A DNA stretch of 64,000 nt from an uncultured virus (IMG/VR IMGVR_UViG_3300031455_000002) (lineage: Duplodnaviria; Heunggongvirae; Uroviricota; Caudoviricetes), in IMG/VR virus record IMGVR_UViG_3300031455_000002; one strand, 5' to 3'. Below the pieces are notes generated by a model. It was not told the origin of the DNA. It ran no database searches and worked only from the letters and a program-made list of their open reading frames with translations. Shown in pieces: positions 56,993-64,000 of the stretch (position 1 is its first letter; each line of letters begins with the position of its first letter). Position numbers and translations under genes: made by a program.

Positions 56993-57092
56993 GTTGGTAC
57001 GGTAAGAATACTGAAACCAGAAACGGTGAGCAAGCGGGTTTGCTCGGGGGTCGAAGAGATGAAGCCTCTTCGTGGGCTTTGATAACCGGCGC

Positions 57093-57453
57093 GTCGCAGA
57101 CACGAAGCCCCTGCGCAGGCTCTGAAACTCCCACGGCACGTTCCTGGCGCCCTTGGAGGAGTTGGTCGCAGACACGAAGCCCCTGCGCAGGCTCTGAAAC
57201 AAAAAGGCCGAGGTCGAAAAAAGTTGGGCGCCTTGCTCGTCGCAGACACGAAGCCCCTGCGCCGTCGGTTGAGTCGCAGACACGAAGCCCCTGCGCAGGC
57301 TCTGAAACGCCGTCGCCGAGGTACATCGGCGAGAGCAGACCGAGTCGCAGACACGAAGCCCCTGCGCAGGCTCTGAAACGCGGCTACCGGCCCGATTGCG
57401 GGGGCATGCACGGACAGGTCGCAGACACGAAGCCCCTGCGCAGGCTCTGAAAC
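57093..57453 (+). CRISPR. cas-less CRISPR mini-array: 6 repeats (one truncated), 4 full spacers + 1 remnant
   Basis: Repeat GTCGCAGACACGAAGCCCCTGCGCAGGCTCTGAAAC (36 nt) at 57093, 57165, 57239 (24 nt only), 57273, 57344 and 57418; spacers of 36, 38, 10, 35 and 38 nt. Confidence 0.95.
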
Positions 57454-57701
57454 ACGTCCACCGTAGCACCAGCAATTCCAGCAAGATAGCGCACGGTTCG
57501 CGAGCGGTCCATTTTCACGTCGTCCAACCTCCTGTCTGAGGGCCCCTTGAGCCCTTGATTCAAGGTAGAATGCAGCATGTTTTCCGCCTTGCGAGCGACC
57601 CCCTGGGGTCAAGAGACCCGTCGCCGCTCGCTCATCGAGGTAGCCCACCTGGTACGCCCAGGGGCACCTCCACGCGAGCTCTGGATACTCATCGACGCCA
57701 C

Positions 57702-58046
57702 TCATCCACTCAAGGCACAGCGGACGCCTCCGGGGACACCTGGTCCGAAGACACGGCTCTTACCGTAGTCTCCGGTGCTCACGGAGCCGACCGTGGGCGG
57801 CATCCCTCTGGCGCCGCATTCAAGGCACGCCCACGCGCAAGCAACGTCAGCCTTACGCACGTTCGGACACACGCCGTATCGAGACCAGTTACGCGAATCT
57901 AAAACAGTCAAGTCAGGGTAGTAGAGAAACTCGCTTCCTAACCTGAGGTCGTAACTAGCCGGATTGATCTGCGCGTCGTCGAACGGATCGATGAGGATAC
58001 GTCCTTCGGTGCGCTGCTTTCGGATCTCGGGGCCGGATAGGATCAT
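57702..58046 (-). pseudogene. dcd: Truncated dCTP deaminase fused to unrelated sequence
   Basis: MILSGPEI...IDPFDDAQINPASYDLRLG; homology stops after ~50 aa. Confidence 0.75.
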
Positions 58047-58278
58047 TGGTTAAGGTCCTAATGTATTCAGCAACTCTAATAATCGAGCGACGGCCTTAGC
58101 GGTCGGCATGCTGCGCCACGCCCACGACTCGCCTCCCTCACCGCCACCCGCCACTCCCACGGCCTCCCCGGGTCCGGCGCCACCGGCCACCACCCGACCA
58201 CGACGTCGGGCGCCATGAGCCGTACCAGCCACTCCGGGGGCTCCCGGGGCGGCTCCGGTGGGCAGGGACCGACGAGGG

Positions 58279-58479
58279 TCACCGGCGCTCTCCCGCCTGC
58301 CACTCCGCCGCGACACGGTCCAGCGCTCGCCGCATCCAGTCCGTCAGCGCGCGCCCGTCCAGGTCCGCCGCAGTCTGCCACCGTGCGCGCTGCTCCGGGC
58401 TGTAGCGCAGCAGGAACCCCGGCAGCGTGTGCGGTCCGCTGGGGCCGGATTGGCGCTTCCGCGGCTTGCGAGTGGCCAT
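58279..58479 (-). CDS. RHH-like DNA-binding protein
   Basis: FLLRYSPEQRARWQTAADLDGRALTDWMRRALD; TGATG coupling. Confidence 0.65.
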   Translation of the reverse strand: MATRKPRKRQSGPSGPHTLPGFLLRYSPEQRARWQTAADLDGRALTDWMRRALDRVAAEWQAGERR

Positions 58480-59288
58480 CAGCGATCGTCCCCCGTCGCG
58501 ATCATCTCCGGAGTGAACACCTTCTTCGGTGCCATGCCCTCGAGCGCCAGTTCCCACGTGCGCGGGAACGCCTGCTCGATAGCGTGCGCGAGCGCGAACG
58601 CGAACTGCCGGATCTCGAACTGCGCAGCGCCATCCATGCGAAGGGTCAGGAACGCAGACACGCGCTTGGTCGCTTCGGATGAGCCCTTGCACCTGCCGCG
58701 CGAGTTCTTCCTGCGTGTAGCGCAGCGGCTGATCGGGGATGACGAGCTCTCCGCCGCCGCTCGCTTGCCGGTTGCCACTCTTCTTCGTCGACGCGATGAT
58801 GCGGCCGACGCTCGGGACGTAGTGCAGGTTGGGCATCTGCACGTACCTAGCGCTCATCTCGGAGTACGCCTGTGTGTCCGATGCCGGTGCCATTCCCGGT
58901 ACACCATGATGGGCGCCTGGATCTCGACGGTGAGCCCGGCGAACTCGAACGGCGTTGAGTGTTTGTGTTCGTAGAGGAACCGAAGGAGCTTCGCGTCACC
59001 GGGGATCGTGCCCTTACCGCCGCAATCAGGGCACGGAACGATGTCAGCATCTTCCAGCGTTACAGCGTCAGGATTCCGAGGAACAAACCCATTCGCACAA
59101 TTCGGGCAAGGGCCTGCATCCCATCCGAGAAAGCCCTTATTCGTGCTCATCCGAGCGGTCTCGACGATGCCATCGTCGGAGCCCCAAGTCTCGATGATCT
59201 TCAAGTACCCGTGATCGAGCACGCTGTAGCTCTCGTCGGTCGCACGCCATTCGATCGCACCTTCGTTAGCGTAGAGTTGATTTTTCAT
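58479..59288 (-). pseudogene. thyX: Flavin-dependent thymidylate synthase, disrupted
   Basis: LDHGY...ARMS...HSTPFE...WHRHRT|QAYSEMSARY split by an extra CA; C-terminal FLTLR...AQFEIR lies in a third frame with the middle missing. Confidence 0.85.
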
Positions 59289-59294
59289 CTTGGT

Positions 59295-59513
59295 TTACTC
59301 CTTGAACGGTTCCCATCCGTGAGTTTCACTCTCGAAAGGAGTCTGCTGCGCCCATCCGTTGTACAAAAGACGCCACACACGACCGTGTTCATCGAGTCCG
59401 TAAACAGCCTCGTAACTCGTTTTCTCTCCGTAAGGAGGATGGACGGCGACAGCGATCTGTTTGAACGGAGGCACCATCTTCTGGGGCTCCTCTGGAACCT
59501 TCTTCTTGGCCAT
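59295..59513 (-). CDS. Hypothetical protein
   Basis: FKQIAV...VYGLDEHGRVW. Confidence 0.6.
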   Translation of the reverse strand: MAKKKVPEEPQKMVPPFKQIAVAVHPPYGEKTSYEAVYGLDEHGRVWRLLYNGWAQQTPFESETHGWEPFKE

Positions 59514-59534
59514 CTGCCGTCCATCCTTCCTGAG

Positions 59535-59804
59535 CTACTTCTTCTTGCTCTTCGGTTCGCGAACCGGACGAGGTTCCGCGGCAGCCTTGGGCTCGACGTA
59601 CGGCTCGAATCCGTCACCCCATCCCAGATCGAGCTTCTGCCACTCCTTGTCAAGCTTCTCGTACGTCTTGAACATGTCCTTCGACATGACGAACGAGTCG
59701 GCGACACCGGCGTCGTCGAAACCTTCGTCGAGCAACGACGCCTTCCGCCGTAGTAGCTCGAAATACTTCTCGTTCACCAAGACTCTCTTCTCTTGCTTTG
59801 CCAT
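59535..59804 (-). CDS. Hypothetical protein
   Basis: RBS; codon bias. Confidence 0.6.
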   Translation of the reverse strand: MAKQEKRVLVNEKYFELLRRKASLLDEGFDDAGVADSFVMSKDMFKTYEKLDKEWQKLDLGWGDGFEPYVEPKAAAEPRPVREPKSKKK

Positions 59805-59829
59805 TTTCCTGCTTTCTGTTGCCCCGGGG

Positions 59830-60033
59830 TTAGCGGGGAGGGGTTTCTGAGAGAGCGCGCTTCTCTAACTCAGCAACGCGCTTCTGTAGCTCGCGCACTG
59901 CGCCGCACAGATTGGAATGCGTCTCCATGCCATTGCTATACTTGGGTTGGCCGCATAATTCACATCCGGAGACGGAGTATTCGGCAAGCAGCTCCTTGAC
60001 GCGCGAACTTAGGTCGAACTTCTTCTTTGCCAT
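59830..60033 (-). CDS. Zn-ribbon small protein
   Basis: GGAGG RBS; CELCG...H..LC. Confidence 0.6.
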   Translation of the reverse strand: MAKKKFDLSSRVKELLAEYSVSGCELCGQPKYSNGMETHSNLCGAVRELQKRVAELEKRALSETPPR

Positions 60034-60036
60034 GTG

Positions 60037-60471
60037 TCACCTCCCTTTCAGTTTCTGAAAAAACGAGAACGACGACCATAGTGCCATGGTGCCAACGATG
60101 AGTTCCGACATCGTGCCTGTGCCAATCAGCGTCGTGTGTTGACGATGCCTCTTTGTCACGCGGTCGTACTCGATGACATGATCCTCCAGGCAAACGATCC
60201 GTATTCCTCGAATGAATATCTCGATGCGCGGAGCATCCGGTAGAATAACTGGCAACGCACCAAACCAAGACACTGCGCCGGAATGAACCTTCGGCGCCTG
60301 AAAACCAAGCGCGTCGAGCTCACCCCAGGCGCTCCCGCAGACGGGACACACGAAGTCGATGTGAAACCCGCTCGGGACGGTGTCCATATTCCGGTTCTCG
60401 GGCTCCGTCACATTGGCCCAGCCGAAGGTGTCCCAAAACTTCGCTTCCTCGATCGATTGCTCCGTTGTCAT
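60037..60471 (-). CDS. Hypothetical protein
   Basis: CPVCG; coupled. Confidence 0.5.
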   Translation of the reverse strand: MTTEQSIEEAKFWDTFGWANVTEPENRNMDTVPSGFHIDFVCPVCGSAWGELDALGFQAPKVHSGAVSWFGALPVILPDAPRIEIFIRGIRIVCLEDHVIEYDRVTKRHRQHTTLIGTGTMSELIVGTMALWSSFSFFQKLKGR

Positions 60472-60680
60472 GGAAAACGAATCCTCCATTCCTTGCTTTC
60501 GATCGGCATCGTCACTGTCAGATCCTGCCTAGCGGTGCCGCACCACAGCTTAATCCTGACCTCCTTGTCGGTCACCTTCGTCACGACGCCCATCCAGAAA
60601 CCGTCACGCTCGAGGGGCTCGGGGCCTCTGAGCGTGACGGCGCGGCGACGGACCAGGACCATTCTGTTGAGGGGGCTCAT
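60468..60680 (-). CDS. Small SH3-like protein
   Basis: Beta-rich; coupled. Confidence 0.5.
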   Translation of the reverse strand: MSPLNRMVLVRRRAVTLRGPEPLERDGFWMGVVTKVTDKEVRIKLWCGTARQDLTVTMPIESKEWRIRFP

Positions 60681-60888
60681 GGGTATTCCTGGACGATCTC
60701 TGCATCAATGAGCATCCGACGAGCCTTCTTCGAGAGCTCTGTCAATAGGGGCTCACCTTGAATCTGAATCCCGAACCCGCCAACTAACGCGAACGCTGCG
60801 CGCTGACTGATGACTGCTCGCTGGTTCCCTACGACCAGGTGCCACTGGTGGCCCCGGTCGTAGGGGAGCTCGATATGAGCAACGAGTG

Positions 60889-62406
60889 TCACTTCTTCTC
60901 TTTCTTCCCGATCTCTCCGTGAACCACGTACAGCTCCTTCCGAGCCCTGGTCACGGCGACATAGTAGAGGTTCTCCTCTTCGATCTCGGGTCGCCTCCGA
61001 TACGTGGACGCCAGCATCCACACCGTGTCTCGCTCCATCCCCTTCGCCTTATGTGTGCTCGAGAGCACGATGCGTTTTGCGTTGTCATCGTCGGCGAAGA
61101 GTCGTTCGATGGTGTTGACCACGTCCATCACGGTCTTCGCTCCGTCGCTGAGAGCCAGGATGCACTCCGCGCGGTCCTCAACGGCCTGGGTGTCCCGGCG
61201 CTTGGCGGCCAGGCGCTTGCATTCCGTGTCGCGCCACTTCTCGATGTACTCGCAGAGCTCGACGACGCTGTTCGCCGCGCTCTTCTTGACGAACGCTGCG
61301 AGAGAGGTACCGATGTCCCGACCCTGGATGGTTGCTGGCCTACCGTTCTTGAGGAAGTACATACAGAGCGAGATCAGTGGAGCGTTCGTTCGACTCAGGA
61401 TGAACTCACCCGGCCTTACGTTGGCCTTCATCTCCGCAACGGTCGCATTGGTCACCGAACCCTCGATCACCTCGGGGGCCCACTCGATCTCCGGGACAAC
61501 TTCCTTCGCCGTCCTGATGACCGACTTGCAGCATCGGTAACACACGCTCAACGGAAGCACGGTCGCCTCGAGCCTGCGCACCACGTTGTCGACGGCGGCA
61601 GAGTCGGCCCCACGAAAACCGTAGATCGCCTGGCGCGGGTCACCCACTGCACAGATTCGACCGTTCGGCTTGACAGCGCGCAGGGTCATCTCGATCTGGG
61701 CCGGGTTGAGATCCTGTGTCTCGTCAACGAACACCCGATCGAACGTCGGCTGACGCAGCTCGAGGACTACCGGAAGCCAGATCATGTCGTCGAAATTGAT
61801 CTCACCGTCGCTAGTGTCGGAGCTCCGAACGAGCAACGTAAGTACGTCACGGATGAACGCGGCACGCAGCGCTGCCAACTGATGCTCGTCGAGTACCACG
61901 CCGCCGATTCTCGGCCTCTTCGGGGACTCGATGTCGAAGGTGTCGATGATCTCGTCGATGTGGCTCTCCTCGCCCGATAGAGCTCCCTTCGCGAGAGAGA
62001 CGGTCTTTTCGAGGTCGCGACGCATCTCGTACCCGATGTCCTTGTCCTTTTCTCCTGCCTTGATCGCAGCAACGAACCCAGCAACCTCGAGCTGCATAGA
62101 ATCCATAAGGTTGTAGACTCGGTTCTTGTTGATGCGTAGGCGCTCTAGAGAGCGCGTGATCGTCTTCAGTCCGTACGAGTGAAGAGTCGACACCTCGATT
62201 CCTTGCGGAGCTTGCTTCTGTAGCTCGTCGGCGATGCTCTTGTTGAAGGCCACGAACAGCGTCGAGCACCCCCTGGGGACATGTTTGAGCGCCTCGACGA
62301 TCGTGGTGGTCTTGCCGCTCCCGGCGACCGCCCTCACGACGGTATTACCGGTTCCAGTGGCGATGTTATCGAATACGTCCTGCTGATACTTGCTCCAGGT
62401 TCTCAT
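60889..62406 (-). CDS. Superfamily 1 (UvrD/Rep-like) helicase
   Basis: AVAGSGKT, VDETQD, VGDPRQAIYGFRGA, THKAKGME and YVAVTRAR. Confidence 0.93.
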   Translation of the reverse strand: MRTWSKYQQDVFDNIATGTGNTVVRAVAGSGKTTTIVEALKHVPRGCSTLFVAFNKSIADELQKQAPQGIEVSTLHSYGLKTITRSLERLRINKNRVYNLMDSMQLEVAGFVAAIKAGEKDKDIGYEMRRDLEKTVSLAKGALSGEESHIDEIIDTFDIESPKRPRIGGVVLDEHQLAALRAAFIRDVLTLLVRSSDTSDGEINFDDMIWLPVVLELRQPTFDRVFVDETQDLNPAQIEMTLRAVKPNGRICAVGDPRQAIYGFRGADSAAVDNVVRRLEATVLPLSVCYRCCKSVIRTAKEVVPEIEWAPEVIEGSVTNATVAEMKANVRPGEFILSRTNAPLISLCMYFLKNGRPATIQGRDIGTSLAAFVKKSAANSVVELCEYIEKWRDTECKRLAAKRRDTQAVEDRAECILALSDGAKTVMDVVNTIERLFADDDNAKRIVLSSTHKAKGMERDTVWMLASTYRRRPEIEEENLYYVAVTRARKELYVVHGEIGKKEKK

Positions 62407-62436
62407 ATCGGGGGATCTCCTTTTCCCCTTGGTGGT

Positions 62437-62459
62437 GTGGGCGGAATGTCTCCGCCCAC
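62437..62459. terminator. Intergenic hairpin
   Basis: GTGGGCGGA-atgtc-TCCGCCCAC. Confidence 0.45.
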
Positions 62460-62503
62460 GTTCCGTTTCACTTCACTACGTGGTGGCTCTCAGAAACCTT
62501 CCC

Positions 62504-62977
62504 TCAGAACGGAGGCGCCGAACCACCCCCCGACGGAGCGCTGCTTCCGCCCCCACCGACGGCCTTGAGCCGAGCTTTGAAGGTGTCAGCAGTGAGGGGC
62601 TTGTTCAGGGTCACGGTGCCTGCTCCGGTCAGGATCTCGAGCTTGGAGGCACCCATCTTCGTGGTTCCATCCGCGGCCTTGTAGGACTCCGGGGCGGTCA
62701 CCCGGCAGGGCACCCGGTTGTCGTAGATCCCGTCCAGCTTGTCGATGTCCTCGGGACCGTTCCCTTTCCATCCCAGGAGACGAAGCCGCTCGTACGAGTA
62801 CACGGCTGCGCCTTCGGAGAAGTACAGGAACGTGGTCATCTGACCGGACGGCTCCTTCGCGTCCTTGTCCACGAACAGATCCATGTCGATCGCCATCTGT
62901 AGGACGCCCTTGTCGGTCTCGCCGAGCTGTACCTTGCCCTTGATTGCCTTGCCTTCGAAGTTTCCTGCGGTGATCAT
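62504..62977 (-). CDS. Putative ssDNA-binding protein
   Basis: Follows the Sak4-like gene; OB-like beta pattern; Gly-rich tail ending PPF. Confidence 0.65.
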   Translation of the reverse strand: MITAGNFEGKAIKGKVQLGETDKGVLQMAIDMDLFVDKDAKEPSGQMTTFLYFSEGAAVYSYERLRLLGWKGNGPEDIDKLDGIYDNRVPCRVTAPESYKAADGTTKMGASKLEILTGAGTVTLNKPLTADTFKARLKAVGGGGSSAPSGGGSAPPF

Positions 62978-63891
62978 TTGGTTGCTTCTCCTGTGTCCTT
63001 GGTGACGGTTGACTGTTTCTCTTCGAGTCGTGCGGCGACACGGTTACGTGCCTCGACGATCATTCCTGGGTTTGCGCGCAGGTATTCCTTCACCTGCGCA
63101 TCGAGAGTCTTGTCCCCGATCTCGAGGAGCATATTGTCGATCTCCTTACGGAGAGCTTCCGCGCGTTCGGTGTCCGCGGCACACGCCTTCGAGAACTCGT
63201 CCCACGAGAGAAGGATCTTCTCGGGGAACATGGTCGTGCCTCGAGACTTGGCATCGTATGCCGGAGATCGCTGGGTGTGAAACCAGCGAGTCCCGGTGGC
63301 GACCGCCTTGGTCTCACCTCCGACCTTCTGGTGAGCCACGTCGATCGTAGCGAACAGGACGTAGTCCGCCCACTGGCGGAGCAGACCAGCGATCTGACGA
63401 CGCATGGCGAGCTCGTGACGATCGTATCCGACTCCGAGCGGATCGTCGAACCGCTTCACCTGCATGTGCCCGATCAGGACGATCGACTTGCCGGACAACC
63501 AGACGCGCTCCAGGGCGCTCAGGAGTTCGCGCCAGCGAGTCAGCGCGTACGTTTCTCCGCGTCCGTAGCCACCGTCCCACTTGTCGATCGTGGTATTCGG
63601 GAAGAATTCCGAGTTCCCATGATGCTCGAGGTCGCTCACCGAGTCGAGAACGAGCGTCTTGCACTTCACGGAACCGTTTTCCACGGCGCCGACCCACTCC
63701 ATTGTTTCGGTCCACGTGTCTGGGATGACGCGCTTGACGTCGTACTTGAAGCTGCCTCGGTTCACGTCGATGAAGAACGGATCGGGAGCGCCGGCTGCAA
63801 ACCGGGTCTTCCCTACACCGTCCGCCGAGTACAGGAGCACCCGGGGTTCTCGTTGCTGCTTACCTTGGGTGATTCGTTTCAGATCGATCAT
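62974..63891 (-). CDS. Sak4-like (AAA_24) recombinase/ATPase
   Basis: LLYSADGVGKT, TLVLDS, GGYGRG, LIGH, WADYVLF and AYDAKSR. Confidence 0.88.
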   Translation of the reverse strand: MIDLKRITQGKQQREPRVLLYSADGVGKTRFAAGAPDPFFIDVNRGSFKYDVKRVIPDTWTETMEWVGAVENGSVKCKTLVLDSVSDLEHHGNSEFFPNTTIDKWDGGYGRGETYALTRWRELLSALERVWLSGKSIVLIGHMQVKRFDDPLGVGYDRHELAMRRQIAGLLRQWADYVLFATIDVAHQKVGGETKAVATGTRWFHTQRSPAYDAKSRGTTMFPEKILLSWDEFSKACAADTERAEALRKEIDNMLLEIGDKTLDAQVKEYLRANPGMIVEARNRVAARLEEKQSTVTKDTGEATK

Positions 63892-64000
63892 TCGGGTACC
63901 TCTCTACTTGTGTGGGAAGCTCCGTGTGCAACACGGAGCCCCGTTAGAAATCACTCTCCCCGTACCTTCCTCCACTCCCCGCTCCTGATCCCCTTGAGGA

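Noticed and set aside
57129..57417. Self-targeting spacers
   Set aside because: Only short chance matches were seen by eye (e.g. 11 nt ATGTACCTCGG near 32135). A computed search is still needed.
56821..57705. Long ORFs across the tmRNA and CRISPR array
   Set aside because: They are artefacts of stop-free repeats and translate the repeat sequence periodically.
58854..58893. Programmed frameshift in thyX
   Set aside because: There is no canonical slippery site, and a second downstream lesion removes conserved sequence anyway.
22203..62269. Many long antisense or alternative-frame ORFs (e.g. 22203..23687, 28582..29613, 33101..34708, 60886..61980)
   Set aside because: These are shadow ORFs caused by high GC3; they are Arg-rich, lack motifs and overlap well-supported genes.

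Overview
The window is part of a GC-rich, gene-dense virus genome (or provirus). It has no host housekeeping genes, and its lipoproteins are of a myxobacterial style. No terminase, portal or tail genes are recognisable. A morphogenesis block (~24.7-50 kb) instead encodes a transglutaminase-like Cys protease, an Arg/Lys-rich core protein, two beta-rich capsid candidates and many membrane-anchored LysM/peptidoglycan-binding/muramidase proteins, which suggests a large tailless virus with an internal membrane (inference). Four shared peptide codes stand out: (i) 11 fibre-like genes with an N-terminal (I/V)GR..Y..ETYP peptide fused to variable payloads (collagen, ice-binding DUF3494, beta-rich domains); (ii) adenain-like (M/L/I/V)xGxG motifs in the structural proteins; (iii) multidomain polyproteins joined by Arg-rich hydrophobic-x-Glu linkers; (iv) a C-terminal (A/G)(A/V)FP motif on small membrane proteins. 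The window also carries a complete tmRNA back-to-back with a cas-less CRISPR mini-array, three toxin-antitoxin pairs plus an orphan antitoxin, Dam methylase, an endolysin, a tyrosine recombinase, a Sak4-like/SSB/UvrD replication module, and many frameshift or deletion scars (thyX, dcd, fibre genes). All calls come from reading the sequence by eye; no searches were run.
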